A stretch of 64,000 nt of DNA from Thermoplasmata archaeon. GTDB lineage: Archaea > Thermoplasmatota > Thermoplasmata > Lutacidiplasmatales > UBA184. Below the pieces are notes generated by a model. It made no database searches. It was not told the origin of the DNA and saw only the letters and a program-made list of their open reading frames with translations. Made by a program: the position numbers and the translations under genes. How positions within the stretch are numbered: the stretch's first letter is position 1; each line of letters starts with the position of its first letter. The DNA is taken from NCBI GenBank assembly GCA_021801925.1, contig JAKABH010000001.1, forward strand, positions 7,964 through 71,963. Reading direction: 5' to 3'. Of this stretch, positions 9,425 through 20,035 are shown piece by piece.

Positions 9425-11422
9425 ATGGACGCATTCCTCCTCCTCGACCAGTGGGCGTTCCTGATCCCGCTCCTCATGGTCGTCTCGTTCGCCCTCGTCG
9501 GCCTCTTCGGCACCCGCCTCCGCGCGCTGGAGTGGGGCGGGTGGGCCGCCGTCGGGATCGGGGGGATCGCCATGGTCCTCGGCGTCGGCATCGCCATCGG
9601 GGAGATGCTGCACCCCGGGACGTACGTGAACGCCCAGTACACCTGGCTGCACCTCGCCGGGACGCCGGGCCCGTTCCCGGAGGGGATCTCGCTCGTTGCC
9701 GGCACCCTGGTCGACCCGCTCTCGGCGCTGATGCTCCTGGTCGTCACGGTCGTGGGGTTCCTGGTCCTGCTCTACTCGATCGGCTACATGCACCATGATC
9801 GGGGCCTGCCCCGGTACTACGCCGAGCTGTCGCTGTTCCTCGCGGCGATGACCGGCCTCGTCCTGTCGAACAACCTCCTCGAGTTCTTCCTGTTCTGGGA
9901 ACTGGTCGGCGTCTGCTCGTACTTCCTCATCGGCTTCTACTACGAGAAGCCGAGCGCCGCCAGCGCGGCGAAGGAGGCGTTCCTCGTCACCCGCATCGGC
10001 GACGTGCTGTTCCTGCTCGGGATCTTCATCTACTTCTTCCACTTCGCGACGACCGGCCCGTCCGGCGGATGGGCCGCGAACGGCTTCGTCTTCGCCCACG
10101 GCACCTCGCCGTTCCTCCCGACCGGCTCGGTCGGCAGCTCGACGCTCCTCACGATCGCCGGCCTCATGATCCTGGGCGGCGCCGCCGGGAAGAGCGCCCA
10201 GTTCCCCCTCCACGTCTGGCTGCCGGACGCAATGGAGGGCCCGACGACCGTCTCCGCGCTGATCCACGCGGCGACGATGGTCGCGGCGGGCGTCTACCTG
10301 CTCGCGGTCACGAGCGTCTTCATCGGCTTCACCGCGACCGACCAGCTCGCGATCGTGGCGGTCGGCGGGTTCACGACCTTCTTCGCGGCGACGATGGCGG
10401 TCGTCCACCCGGACATCAAGCGGGTGATCGCCTACTCCACGATCAGCCAGCTCGGCTACATGGTGATGGCCGTCGGCGCCGGCTTCGCGATGGTCGGCCT
10501 CTTCCACCTCTTCACCCACGCCTTCTTCAAGGCGCTCCTGTTCCTCGCCGCCGGCTCGGTGATCCACGCCCTCGGCACGCAGGACCTGTTCAAGATGGGC
10601 GGGCTGCGCAAGCCGATGCGCGTCACGGGCACCGCCTTCGCCATCGGCGGCCTCGCCCTCGCCGGGATCCCGCCGTTCGCCGGGTTCTGGTCGAAGGACG
10701 ACATTTTGGGTTCGATGTACGGCGAGCTCGGGAGCCACCCGCTCTACTGGCCGTTCTGGATCCTGGCGCTCCTCGCCGTCTTCCTGACCGCCTACTACAT
10801 CTTCCGGGCCTGGTTCCTGGCGTTCGGCGGGAACGGTCCGCGCGACCCGACGCTCCCGCCGGCCCACGAGGGGTCGTGGGTGATGCAGGTCCCGCTCGTG
10901 ATCCTCTCGGGGATGGCGGTGTTCGGGGGCCTGTTGATCTTCGTCCCGGGGTTCCAGGGCCTGCTCCTGTACGGCGCCGGGGCCTCGGGGATCCCTCCGG
11001 TCTACGGGCCGACCGACCTCGCGCTCTCGGGGATCAGCGTGACGCTGGGCGCCGCGGGGATCGGGGTCGCCTACTGGCTGTGGGGGAACGGGCGGATCTT
11101 CGTCCTCCCCGAATCGAGCCCGCTCCAGCCGGTCCGGCGCCTGCTGCTGAACCGCTACTACCTGAAGGCCGCCTACGACTGGGTCGGGGCCCGGGCGGTC
11201 TACGGGATCGCCCGCGGGGCGGACTTCGTCGACCGGTACGTGATCGACGGCACCGTCCACGGCTTCGAGCGCGCCTTCGGCGCGGCGAGCGACCGGCTCC
11301 GGCGGGGCCAGACCGGCGTCGTCTCCGACTACGCCGCCTACGTCATCGCGGGGCTCCTCGGGGTCTTCGTCCTCCTCCTGCTGGTCGCGCCGTACCTGCT
11401 CGCCCACCTGGGAGGGACGTAG
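9425..11422 (+). CDS. nuoL: NADH-quinone oxidoreductase/Fpo subunit L (antiporter-like)
   Basis: FWELVGVCSYFLIGF, GKSAQFPLHVWLPDAMEGPTTVSALIHAATMV, DIKRVIAYSTISQLG, HAFFKALLFL. Confidence 0.96.
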   Translation: MDAFLLLDQWAFLIPLLMVVSFALVGLFGTRLRALEWGGWAAVGIGGIAMVLGVGIAIGEMLHPGTYVNAQYTWLHLAGTPGPFPEGISLVAGTLVDPLSALMLLVVTVVGFLVLLYSIGYMHHDRGLPRYYAELSLFLAAMTGLVLSNNLLEFFLFWELVGVCSYFLIGFYYEKPSAASAAKEAFLVTRIGDVLFLLGIFIYFFHFATTGPSGGWAANGFVFAHGTSPFLPTGSVGSSTLLTIAGLMILGGAAGKSAQFPLHVWLPDAMEGPTTVSALIHAATMVAAGVYLLAVTSVFIGFTATDQLAIVAVGGFTTFFAATMAVVHPDIKRVIAYSTISQLGYMVMAVGAGFAMVGLFHLFTHAFFKALLFLAAGSVIHALGTQDLFKMGGLRKPMRVTGTAFAIGGLALAGIPPFAGFWSKDDILGSMYGELGSHPLYWPFWILALLAVFLTAYYIFRAWFLAFGGNGPRDPTLPPAHEGSWVMQVPLVILSGMAVFGGLLIFVPGFQGLLLYGAGASGIPPVYGPTDLALSGISVTLGAAGIGVAYWLWGNGRIFVLPESSPLQPVRRLLLNRYYLKAAYDWVGARAVYGIARGADFVDRYVIDGTVHGFERAFGAASDRLRRGQTGVVSDYAAYVIAGLLGVFVLLLLVAPYLLAHLGGT

Positions 11423-12895
11423 GTGTTCCCGATCCTCTCCGCGGTGCTCGCGACGCTGCTCGTCGGCACCGTGCTCACGTTCCTCTCGGGGAAGTCGGCC
11501 CGCTGGGTCGCGCTCGCGACGTCGTTCGTCTTCCTCGCGGAGGTCGCCTACCTGCTGCTCCAGTTCCCCGGCTGGGCCGGGTTCGCGGGCGGCGTCCCCC
11601 AGTTCGCCGACGGGGAGTCGTATGCGTGGATCCACCTCGGCTGGCTGCAAGTGAACTACACGCTCGGGATCGACGGGATCTCGCTCGTCCTCCTGGTCCT
11701 CACGGCGATCCTCCAGCTCGCCACGGTCGTCTACTCCTGGGGCGAGACGAAGAAGCCCGCGGCGTGGTTCGGGCTGCTCCTCCTGACCTGCCTCGGCTGC
11801 GTCGGGGTCTTCGTCGCGCTGGACGTCCTCCTCTTCTTCCTCTTCTGGGAGGCGGTCCTCGTCCCGATGTTCTTCATCATCGGCTACTGGGGCGGCCCCC
11901 GCCGGCGGTACGCCGCGATCAAGTTCTTCGTCTACACCCACGTCGCGTCGATCGTCATGCTCGTGGGGCTGCTCGCCCTCGTCTTCTACTCCCACGCGAC
12001 GAGCTTCGACTACGCGAGCGTCTACGCCGCCGCCCCGTCGCTCTCCGTCGTCACGCAGGCGTTCCTGTTCCTGTCGCTCTTCTTCGGCTTCGGCGTCAAA
12101 TTCCCGATCGTCCCGTTCCACACCTGGCTCCCCGACGCCCACGTCGAGGCCCCGACCGGCGGCTCCGTCCTGCTCGCGGGGCTCCTGCTCAAGCTCGGGG
12201 GCTACGGGCTGATCCGGTGGGCGGTGTTCGTCCTGCCGAACGGCTTCCACGAGGTGCAGCCGGTCCTCTTCGTCGTCGCGTTCGCCTCGATCGCCTGGGG
12301 ATCGGTCGTCTCGCTGGCCCAGCGGGACCTCAAGCGGATGGTCGCCTTCTCCTCGATCAACCACATGGGGATCGTGCTGCTGGCGATCGCCGTCGGCTCG
12401 TCGCTCGGTCTCCTGGCGGCGGTCCTCCTCATGTTCGCCCACGGGATCGTGAGCGCGCTGTTGTTCATGTCGTCGGGCAGCGTGCACCACACGTTCGGCA
12501 CCCGCGACATCGCCTCGGTCGGCGGGATCACCCCCCGCACCCCGGTGCTCGCGACGATGATCATGATCGGCTCGCTCGCGTCGCTCGGCCTCCCGTGGCT
12601 CATCAGCTTCCCCGCCGAATTCACGGCGCTGCTCGCCACCTGGGACCGGCTCGCCTACTGGGTCCTGCTGCCGCTCGGGATCCTCGTCGTCACCGCCGCC
12701 TTCTACATCTGGATGATGCAACGGATGCTGTTCGGCCCCGAGAAGGGGATCCCCGAGTCGGCGCACGACCTGCCGGCCTACGAGACCGTCGGGATGGGGA
12801 TCCTCGCCGCCGCGGCGATCGTCTTCGGCGTGCTGCCGTTCCTCCTCGTGAACCTGATCACCGCCTCGCCGATCCGCGTCTTCCCGGGGGTGTGA
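11423..12895 (+). CDS. nuoM: NADH-quinone oxidoreductase/Fpo subunit M
   Basis: YAAIKFFVYT, VKFPIVPFHTWLPDAHVEAPTGGSVLLAGLLLKLGGYG, DLKRMVAFSSINHMG. Confidence 0.96.
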   Translation: MFPILSAVLATLLVGTVLTFLSGKSARWVALATSFVFLAEVAYLLLQFPGWAGFAGGVPQFADGESYAWIHLGWLQVNYTLGIDGISLVLLVLTAILQLATVVYSWGETKKPAAWFGLLLLTCLGCVGVFVALDVLLFFLFWEAVLVPMFFIIGYWGGPRRRYAAIKFFVYTHVASIVMLVGLLALVFYSHATSFDYASVYAAAPSLSVVTQAFLFLSLFFGFGVKFPIVPFHTWLPDAHVEAPTGGSVLLAGLLLKLGGYGLIRWAVFVLPNGFHEVQPVLFVVAFASIAWGSVVSLAQRDLKRMVAFSSINHMGIVLLAIAVGSSLGLLAAVLLMFAHGIVSALLFMSSGSVHHTFGTRDIASVGGITPRTPVLATMIMIGSLASLGLPWLISFPAEFTALLATWDRLAYWVLLPLGILVVTAAFYIWMMQRMLFGPEKGIPESAHDLPAYETVGMGILAAAAIVFGVLPFLLVNLITASPIRVFPGV

Positions 12896-12899
12896 CGGG

Positions 12900-14483
12900 G
12901 TGGTGGCGTTCTCGTCGTTCGTCGGCCCGTTCGTCCCCGAGCTGCTGCTGCTCGGCGGCATGCTCCTCGTCCTGCTGCTGGACGTCCTCGGCGTCCGCCG
13001 CAACGAGACGCTCGCGACGGTCGCGCTCACCGCCCTCGCGCTCGCCTTCCTCTCGATCCTCGGCGACCTCGGCTTCGCCCCGCTCGGCGTCCTCGCGACG
13101 GTCGGCCCGGGCGCCCTGAACGTCGCCCCGGCGGCCGGCGCGGCGCCGCTCTACCACCTGACGTCGTTCGGCCTCATCTTCCAGGCGATCTTCCTGGTCG
13201 CCGCGCTGCTGGTCGTCCTCGCCTCCTCGAGCCGCCCGAGCGGCGAGCGCGGCGCGCCGATCTTCTACGGGCTCCTGCTGCTCGCGACGGTCGGGATGCT
13301 GCTCGTCGCCGTCGCCTCCGACCTCATCTTCCTCCTCCTCGCGGTCGAGGTCGTGGGCGTCCCGTCGTACCTGCTGGTCGCCTACCGGCGGGGGGAGGCG
13401 CGGTCGATGGAGGCGGCGATGAAGTTCTTCATCGTCGGCGCCCTCTCCACCGTGCTGTCGTTCTACGGCGCCTCGCTCCTCTTCGGCGCCTACGGATCGA
13501 CGAACCTGTTCGTGATCCACGCGGCGGCCGCCAGCGTCGGGACGCCGGTCCTGGTCCTCGTGGGCTACGGGTTCCTCCTCGCCGGCCTCGCCTTCAAGGT
13601 CACCCTCGTGCCGTTCCACGCCTGGGCCGTCGACGTCTACGACGGGGCCCCGACCGACGTGACGGCGTTCCTCGCCGGCGGGACGAAGAAGATCGGGCTG
13701 TTCGCCTTCTTCCTGGTCTTCCTCGGACCGGTCCTCCTCGTCCACCCCGCGACCGCCGGGGCGTCCCCGTTCGGCGGCGGGCCGCTCGACCTCGGCCCGA
13801 CCCTCTCGATCGCCCTCGGCGTCATCGCCGTGCTGACGATGACCGTCGGCAACCTGCTCGCGCTCCTCCAGAAGGAGATGAAGCGGATGCTGGCCTATTC
13901 GTCGATCAGCCAGGCCGGCTACATGCTGATCGGCGTGACGATCGGCACCGCCCCGGCGCTCACCGGGGCGACCCTCCAGATCCTCGCGCATGTCCTGATG
14001 AAGGGCGGGGCGTTCCTCGTCGTCGCCGGTGTCGCGGGCCTCGGGATCGGTCCGCTGATCGACGACTGGAAGGGGCTCGGCGTCCGCCGCCCGCTGCTCG
14101 GCGCCGCCTTCGCCCTGATGCTCCTCTCCCTCGCCGGCGTGCCGCTCACCATCGGCTTCGTCTCGAAGTTCGTCCTCTTCTCGTCGGCCGTCCAGGCCCA
14201 GGGATGGTTCATCTGGCTCGCCGTCGCGGGGCTCCTCAACAGCGCCCTCTCGGTCTTCTACTACGCCCGCGTCCTGAAGGTGATGTACTTCGATCGGACG
14301 GATCCGATCGCGGCGATCGAGGCCCCGCCCGCGAGCGGCTTGGGCGCGGGCGGCTTGGGCTACGGCCGGGCGGCGGCGATCGGCCTCGCCGCCGTCCTGA
14401 TCGTGGGGATCGGCCTCTACCCGCAGCCGATCCTCGGCGCGATCCAGTCGGCCGCCCAGCACTTCCTCCTCACCGGAGTGTAG
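12900..14483 (+). CDS. nuoN: NADH-quinone oxidoreductase/Fpo subunit N
   Basis: EAAMKFFIVGALS, FKVTLVPFHAWAVDVYDGAPT, KRMLAYSSISQAGY. Confidence 0.96.
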   Translation: MVAFSSFVGPFVPELLLLGGMLLVLLLDVLGVRRNETLATVALTALALAFLSILGDLGFAPLGVLATVGPGALNVAPAAGAAPLYHLTSFGLIFQAIFLVAALLVVLASSSRPSGERGAPIFYGLLLLATVGMLLVAVASDLIFLLLAVEVVGVPSYLLVAYRRGEARSMEAAMKFFIVGALSTVLSFYGASLLFGAYGSTNLFVIHAAAASVGTPVLVLVGYGFLLAGLAFKVTLVPFHAWAVDVYDGAPTDVTAFLAGGTKKIGLFAFFLVFLGPVLLVHPATAGASPFGGGPLDLGPTLSIALGVIAVLTMTVGNLLALLQKEMKRMLAYSSISQAGYMLIGVTIGTAPALTGATLQILAHVLMKGGAFLVVAGVAGLGIGPLIDDWKGLGVRRPLLGAAFALMLLSLAGVPLTIGFVSKFVLFSSAVQAQGWFIWLAVAGLLNSALSVFYYARVLKVMYFDRTDPIAAIEAPPASGLGAGGLGYGRAAAIGLAAVLIVGIGLYPQPILGAIQSAAQHFLLTGV

Positions 14484-14486
14484 CGC

Positions 14487-15587
14487 ATGGAGCGCGTCGA
14501 CGTGATCGTCGTCGGCGCCGGGCCGGCCGGATCGTCCGCCGCCCGGGCGGCGGCGGAAGGGGGCGCCCGCACCCTGCTCCTCGACCATCGGACCGAGCTC
14601 GGGCACCCGGTGCAGTGCGGGGAGTTCGTCCCGACCCCCGCGGAGCTCGCCGACCTGTTCGACTGCCCCGACCTCATCCAACGGGCGTTCGATCTCCCGC
14701 CGGAGACGATCCTGCGGTCGACCCGCTACATGTCGTGCGTCTCCCCCTACGGGCACCGGTTCCGCTTTCCCCTCGCGGGGGCGACCGTCTCGCGCCGGTC
14801 GTTCGACAAGGCGCTCGCCTACCGGGCCGAGGGGGCGGGGGCGGAACTGCGGTTCCCCCTCGGGGTCACCCGGGTCCAGGGGTCGACCGTCCGGACCGCG
14901 GACGGGGAGGAGATCGAGGGGCGGGTCGTCATCGGCGCCGACGGGCCGCTGTCGATCGTCGCCCGTTCGGTCGGCCAGCCCCGCCCGCGGACCCTCTACC
15001 GGATGATCACCGCCACCGTCGACGGGGGACTGGACGACGAGATCGACCTCTTCTTCGGCCGGGACGCCCCCGGCGGATACGCCTGGGCGTTCCCGCGGGC
15101 CCACGACCTGAACGTGGGGCTCGGGGTGACGCGGATCCCCCGCGGCCGCTCGCTCGGCGGGCTGCTCGACCGGTTCCTCGCCCACCGGGGGTTCGGCCCC
15201 GCCCGGGAGCCGACCCGCTGGTGGGTCCCGATCGGGACCCCGCCCGACTCCCTCGTGCACGGGCCGATCCTCCTCGCGGGCGATGCGGCGCAGCTCGTCA
15301 TGGCGACGAACGGCGGCGGCATCCCGACGGCGATGCTCAGCGGCTGGCTCGCCGGGGAGGCGGCGGCGCGGACGATCCGGGACGGGACGCCGCTCGCCGC
15401 CTACGACACGGCGTGGCGCTCGGCGCTCTACGGACCCCTCGCCCGGGCGGCGGCGATCCAGGCGTGGAGCGACCCGTATACCGTCTTCGACCCCGTCCTG
15501 GCCCTCGGAATGCGCTATATCGGTGCGCGCGGTCTCGACGCCATGATGCGGCTGCGCTGGCCCGGGCGCCGGGGGGTCGAGGCATGA
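14487..15587 (+). CDS. Geranylgeranyl reductase family FAD-dependent oxidoreductase (DGGGPL reductase-like)
   Basis: DVIVVGAGPAGS, PVQCGE, IGADG, PGGYAWAFP, LAGDAA...NGGGI. Confidence 0.9.
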   Translation: MERVDVIVVGAGPAGSSAARAAAEGGARTLLLDHRTELGHPVQCGEFVPTPAELADLFDCPDLIQRAFDLPPETILRSTRYMSCVSPYGHRFRFPLAGATVSRRSFDKALAYRAEGAGAELRFPLGVTRVQGSTVRTADGEEIEGRVVIGADGPLSIVARSVGQPRPRTLYRMITATVDGGLDDEIDLFFGRDAPGGYAWAFPRAHDLNVGLGVTRIPRGRSLGGLLDRFLAHRGFGPAREPTRWWVPIGTPPDSLVHGPILLAGDAAQLVMATNGGGIPTAMLSGWLAGEAAARTIRDGTPLAAYDTAWRSALYGPLARAAAIQAWSDPYTVFDPVLALGMRYIGARGLDAMMRLRWPGRRGVEA

Positions 15588-16633
15588 GCGCCGCCCGGAC
15601 CCCGGTCGATGCCTCCCTCGAGACGATCGTCCAGCAGACGCTGCGCAACGCCGCCGCCGACTCCCTCGTCGAGCTGGCCCCGACGCTGGTGCGCGATCTC
15701 ACCGAGATCGACTGGCGCGTCGCCGAGGTCCTGGGCTCGACCTACGCGCAGCTCACCGAGGCGGCGCGCTACGCCTGCTCGACCGGCGGCAAGCGGGTCC
15801 GCCCGCTCCTGATGGCCGTCGCCCACCGGGCGCTCGGGTCGGAGACGACGCAACCGATCCACTCCCTCGCGGCGGCGTTCCAGCTGATCCACACGGCGAC
15901 GCTCGTCCACGACGACGTGATCGACCACGCCGAGACCCGACGGGGCCGTCCGTCGATGCCGCGCGCCTTCGGCATCCCGCTCGCGATCGTCTCGGGCGAC
16001 TACCTCTTCGTCCGCGCCTTCGAGCTCGCCGCGGAGTACCCCCGCTCGATCATCATGCGGTGCGGGGAGGCGTGCGCCGACCTGGTCGAGGGGGAGGTCC
16101 TCCAGGAGGCGTCCCGGTTCGATCTCTCCAGCGGCCGCGACCACTACTTCCGGGTGATCGAGCGGAAGACGGCGGCGATCATCGCCGCGGCGCTCACGTC
16201 GGTCGCGGAGATCGCCGCCGCGGGCCCCGCGGTCGTCGACGCCCTCCAGGGATACGGGCGGGCCCTGGGGCTCGCCTTCCAGATCCGGGACGATCTCCTC
16301 GACGTCTACGGCGACCCCGACCTCCTGGGAAAGCCGCTCTTCGGGGACCTCCGGGAGGGGAACCCGACCCTCCTCTCCCTCGAGACGTATGCCCGGCTCG
16401 ACCCCCGCCACCAGGCGGAGTTCGAGCGGCTGTTCCAGCTCCGCCGCAAGCGGGCGAAGCACCTCCTGCGGCTCCGCGACTTGACCCAGATGACGGACGC
16501 GTCCGACGTCGTCGCCCGCGAGGCGACCGACTGGGTCGACCGCGGGATCCACTGCCTCGAGGCGCTGCCGAACGGGCCGTACCGCCGCCTATTGGAACAG
16601 CTCGCCCGCGGCGCGGCCGCGCGGCGGTTCTAG
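15584..16633 (+). CDS. Polyprenyl diphosphate synthase (probably medium/long chain)
   Basis: GGKRVRP, FARM ATLVHDDVID..RRG, KTA, SARM FQIRDDLLD. ATGA overlap with the GGR gene. Confidence 0.92.
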   Translation: MSAARTPVDASLETIVQQTLRNAAADSLVELAPTLVRDLTEIDWRVAEVLGSTYAQLTEAARYACSTGGKRVRPLLMAVAHRALGSETTQPIHSLAAAFQLIHTATLVHDDVIDHAETRRGRPSMPRAFGIPLAIVSGDYLFVRAFELAAEYPRSIIMRCGEACADLVEGEVLQEASRFDLSSGRDHYFRVIERKTAAIIAAALTSVAEIAAAGPAVVDALQGYGRALGLAFQIRDDLLDVYGDPDLLGKPLFGDLREGNPTLLSLETYARLDPRHQAEFERLFQLRRKRAKHLLRLRDLTQMTDASDVVAREATDWVDRGIHCLEALPNGPYRRLLEQLARGAAARRF

Positions 16634-16696
16634 CGGCCGCGACTTGAGGGAAAACTACAAGTCCCCTCCCCCGGATCGACCCGCCGGTTCGGGGCC

Positions 16697-17146
16697 ATGG
16701 GCAGCACATCGACCGCGGGGGGCGGCGCCGCCCCCGTCTCCTTCGACCGCCTCCCCGCGCCGTGGCGGCCCGAGTCGACGCGCCCGAAGCTGCCGATCGG
16801 CGTCGCCGTCGTCTCGGTGCTGATCAGCGGCCTCGCCATCGTCCTCATCCTGGGCGGGGCGCTCTACCTCCTGGACCAGTTCGGCTCGAATGCGATCCCG
16901 TCGGCCCTCGACCTGTTCCCGTCGATCGATCTGCTGGGCTCGGCGATCCTCCTGCTCCTCGGGGTCGCCCTCCTCGCCATCGCCACCGCCCTCTGGCGCC
17001 AGGAGACGTGGGCCCTCTGGACGACCCTCGTCCTGGTCTTCGGCGCCACGGTCTACCTGTTCTTCACCGGGTCGATCACCGTCCTCTTCGTCCTGATGAT
17101 CGTCCTGTTCGTCTACCTGCTCGCCTGCCGCCGGTACTTCTATTGA
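16697..17146 (+). CDS. Hypothetical membrane protein (about 4 TMs)
   Basis: PIGVAVVSVL, several hydrophobic segments, ALWRQETWALW; codon usage matches neighbours. Confidence 0.7.
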   Translation: MGSTSTAGGGAAPVSFDRLPAPWRPESTRPKLPIGVAVVSVLISGLAIVLILGGALYLLDQFGSNAIPSALDLFPSIDLLGSAILLLLGVALLAIATALWRQETWALWTTLVLVFGATVYLFFTGSITVLFVLMIVLFVYLLACRRYFY

Positions 17147-17958
17147 CCCGCTTCCTGTTGGCCCAGCTCGCCCCGATCCCGGGCGATCCCGCGGCGAACA
17201 TCGACCGCCTCTCCGCCCTGCTCGACGGTCGCGAGGGGGAGGTCGCGATCGCCCCGGAGCTGTTCCTCTCGGGGTACCGGATCGGCGACCGGTTCCATCA
17301 GATCGCGCTGCGACCGGGCGACGGGCCGTGGAGCGCGCTCCAGCGCCTGGCCCGCGCCCACGGGACGACCGTGATCGCCGGGGCGCCGATCGCCTCCCCC
17401 GAGCGGAAGGGGGAGCTCCAGAATGCGGCGCTCGTCGTCGCCCCGTCGGGGGACGTCACGATCCAGGGGAAGCGGTATCTGCCCACGTTCGGGCCGTTCG
17501 AGGAGGGGGTGCCGTTCACCCCGAGCGACCGGAGCCGGCCCCTTCCCCTCGGAGCCCATCGGGCCGGGATCGCGATCTGCTACGACACGTTCTTCCCCGA
17601 GGTGTTCCGCGGACTCGCCCTCGCCGGCGCCGACCTCCTCGTCGTCCTCTCCGCCTCGCCGGTGACGAGCGGGCCGCTCTTCGAGAAGCTCCTACCGGCG
17701 CGGGCGATCGAGAACGGGCTGCCCGTCGTCTACGTCAACCGCGTCGGGGTCGAGGACGGGATCGTCTTCGGGGGCGGCTCGGGGGCGTGGGACCCCCGGG
17801 GGGAGCGGCGGCCGACGGAGGAGATCCCGGACCCCCGCCTTCACCCGGAGGAGCGCCTCCTCGGGGTCGAGATCGACCTCGAGGAGCCGGCCCGCTGGCG
17901 GCCGTTCCGACCGGTGCTGCGGGACGTCGCCCAGCGGCCCCCGCCGTCCGAGCCGTGA
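17143..17958 (+). CDS. Carbon-nitrogen hydrolase (nitrilase/amidase family)
   Basis: TTG start overlapping the upstream stop; [28 protein letters not shown] (E-K-C triad), ARAIEN. Confidence 0.9.
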   Translation: MTRFLLAQLAPIPGDPAANIDRLSALLDGREGEVAIAPELFLSGYRIGDRFHQIALRPGDGPWSALQRLARAHGTTVIAGAPIASPERKGELQNAALVVAPSGDVTIQGKRYLPTFGPFEEGVPFTPSDRSRPLPLGAHRAGIAICYDTFFPEVFRGLALAGADLLVVLSASPVTSGPLFEKLLPARAIENGLPVVYVNRVGVEDGIVFGGGSGAWDPRGERRPTEEIPDPRLHPEERLLGVEIDLEEPARWRPFRPVLRDVAQRPPPSEP

Positions 17959-18007
17959 CGGGCGACCGTTCGGGTGGAACGCGGCCCTTATAGGGGGCGC
18001 GGAACCC

Positions 18008-20035
18008 GTGCGGTCGGTGGCCCCCCCCTCGATCGCCCAGCAACTCGCCGCGAAGCAGCGGGAGATCTCGGTCGCCGAGTTCTTCGAGCGGAACCGCCAG
18101 ATCCTGGGGTTCGACAACCCGCAGCGCTCCCTGCTCACGACCGTCAAGGAGGCGGTCGACAACAGCCTCGACAGCTGCGAGGAGGCGCGGATCCTCCCCG
18201 AGGTGACCGTCCAGATCGCGAAGGAGGGGGAGGACCGGCTGCGGGTCACGATCGACGACAACGGCCCGGGGATCCTCCGCCGGGAGATCCCGAACGTCTT
18301 CGCCCGGCTGCTCTACGGCTCCCGGTTCCACTCGAACCGCCAGGCCCGTGGTCAGCAGGGGATCGGCATCAGCGCCGCGGTGCTGTATGCCAACCTGACG
18401 ACCGCCCGCCCGGCGAAGATCGTCTCGAAGATCGAGGAGGAGGAGGCGGCCCACGTCCTCGAACTGTTCCTCGACACCCAGAAGAACCAGCCGAGGATCG
18501 TCTCCGAGGACGTCCTGCTCTGGGACCGCCCGCACGGCACGAAGGTCGAGCTGGTCCTGCGGGCCCGCTACGTCCGCGGCCGCCAGTCGCCGTACGAGTA
18601 CCTCCGCGGCACCGCGATCGTGAACCCGCATGCCCGCATCCTCCTGATCGAGCCGGACGGGACCCGGGTGACGTTCGAGCGGGCGACGACCGACCTCCCG
18701 CCGATCGCGAAGGAGACCCTCCCCCACCCGTACGGGCTCGAGCTCGGGGAGCTCGGGTATTTCCTGAAGTCGACGAAGCGGCCGACCCTCGGCGAGTTCC
18801 TGGCCAAGGATCTCCAGGGGGTCTCCGCCCGCGCCGCCCGGGAGGTCCTCGCCCAGTGCGCTCTGCCGGCGAACCGGCCCCCCTCCTCCGTCCACAGCGA
18901 GGAGCAGGAACGGCTGCTCACCGCCCTCCACGGGGCCGCCCTGATCGCCCCGAGCGGGGACTGCCTCTCGCCGATCGGATCGATGCTGATCAAGCGGGGG
19001 CTCCGGAACGTCCTCGGGGACGTCCGACCGGAGTTCTACGCCCCGCCGGTGAGCCGCCCGCCGAAGGTCCGCGCCGGCTTTCCGTTCATGGTCGAGGTCG
19101 GGATCGTCTACGGCGGGGCGCTCCCCCCGGACCAGCCGGTGCAGATCCTTCGGTTCGCGAACCGGGTGCCGCTCCTCTTCCAGCAGGGGGCGTGCGCCAT
19201 CACGAACGCGATCTCGAACCTCGACTGGCGGCGGTACGGCCTCGACCAGCGGGGCGGCTCGGGCCTCCCGAGCGGGCCGGCGCTGATCCTGGTCCATGTC
19301 GCCTCCACCAAGATCCCGTTCACCAGCGAGGCGAAGGAGGCGGTCGCCGAGGACCCCGAGATCGACCGGGAGGTGACCCTCGCCCTCCAGGTCGCCGCCC
19401 GCCACCTGCGGACCCACCTCTCCCGCCGGACCCGGCGCGACCTCGCCGGGGCGAAGTTCGAGATCATCCTCAAGATCCTGCCGAAGCTCGCCGAGAAGAC
19501 GAGCCACCTCACGGGGAAGCCGGTCCCCGATCTTACGCCCGTGATCACCCGGATCATGGACGTCGTGAACCTCGAGGCCGCCGTGAGCCGGGACGCGAGC
19601 GGCGTGCACGTCGCCGTCGAGGCCGTGAACTATACGCCCCGCGCTCGCGTCCTCGAGCTGTTCGCGGAGATCCCGCCCGAGGCGATGGCCGGCGCCACGT
19701 TCGATCCGGCCCCCGACGGGACCGATCCGGCCCTCGGCCGCGCCTGGTGGACCCTTTCGAAGCTGCCGCCGAACGGACGGACGAAGCTCGCCCTCACGTT
19801 CCCCCCGAAGACCGACCTGGACGCCGCGGACCTCGACTGGTACGTGGCGGGGGTCGACGAGGCGCACCTGCTCGGCGCGGACCCGCTGCCGGGCGACTGG
19901 GACGTCCGCCTCCCGCGGACGATCGTGGAGGCGGCGGAGGCCGCCGCCGCGGAAGGGGCGCCGGCGGACGGGGCGGAGGAGGAGGTGGATTACGATGCCG
20001 CGGAATCGAGCGCCGGCGCCAGCGACGACGAGTGA
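18008..20035 (+). CDS. top6B: DNA topoisomerase VI subunit B
   Basis: [70 protein letters not shown]. True start may be GTG 18017 given TTATA at 17988. Confidence 0.96.
   Translation: MRSVAPPSIAQQLAAKQREISVAEFFERNRQILGFDNPQRSLLTTVKEAVDNSLDSCEEARILPEVTVQIAKEGEDRLRVTIDDNGPGILRREIPNVFARLLYGSRFHSNRQARGQQGIGISAAVLYANLTTARPAKIVSKIEEEEAAHVLELFLDTQKNQPRIVSEDVLLWDRPHGTKVELVLRARYVRGRQSPYEYLRGTAIVNPHARILLIEPDGTRVTFERATTDLPPIAKETLPHPYGLELGELGYFLKSTKRPTLGEFLAKDLQGVSARAAREVLAQCALPANRPPSSVHSEEQERLLTALHGAALIAPSGDCLSPIGSMLIKRGLRNVLGDVRPEFYAPPVSRPPKVRAGFPFMVEVGIVYGGALPPDQPVQILRFANRVPLLFQQGACAITNAISNLDWRRYGLDQRGGSGLPSGPALILVHVASTKIPFTSEAKEAVAEDPEIDREVTLALQVAARHLRTHLSRRTRRDLAGAKFEIILKILPKLAEKTSHLTGKPVPDLTPVITRIMDVVNLEAAVSRDASGVHVAVEAVNYTPRARVLELFAEIPPEAMAGATFDPAPDGTDPALGRAWWTLSKLPPNGRTKLALTFPPKTDLDAADLDWYVAGVDEAHLLGADPLPGDWDVRLPRTIVEAAEAAAAEGAPADGAEEEVDYDAAESSAGASDDE

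Noticed and set aside
11420-11425. TAG-GTG in-frame junction of nuoL and nuoM as pyrrolysine readthrough
   Set aside because: Both are complete standard subunits, a GGGAGG SD precedes the nuoM start, and no pyl genes are in the window
9404-13119. Very long overlapping ORFs (e.g. 9404-13030 minus, 10069-13119 plus; likewise 23149-27495, 23910-27431, 5207-7876)
   Set aside because: Arg/Pro/Gly-rich shadow frames of real genes, expected in high-GC DNA with few stop codons; no family motifs
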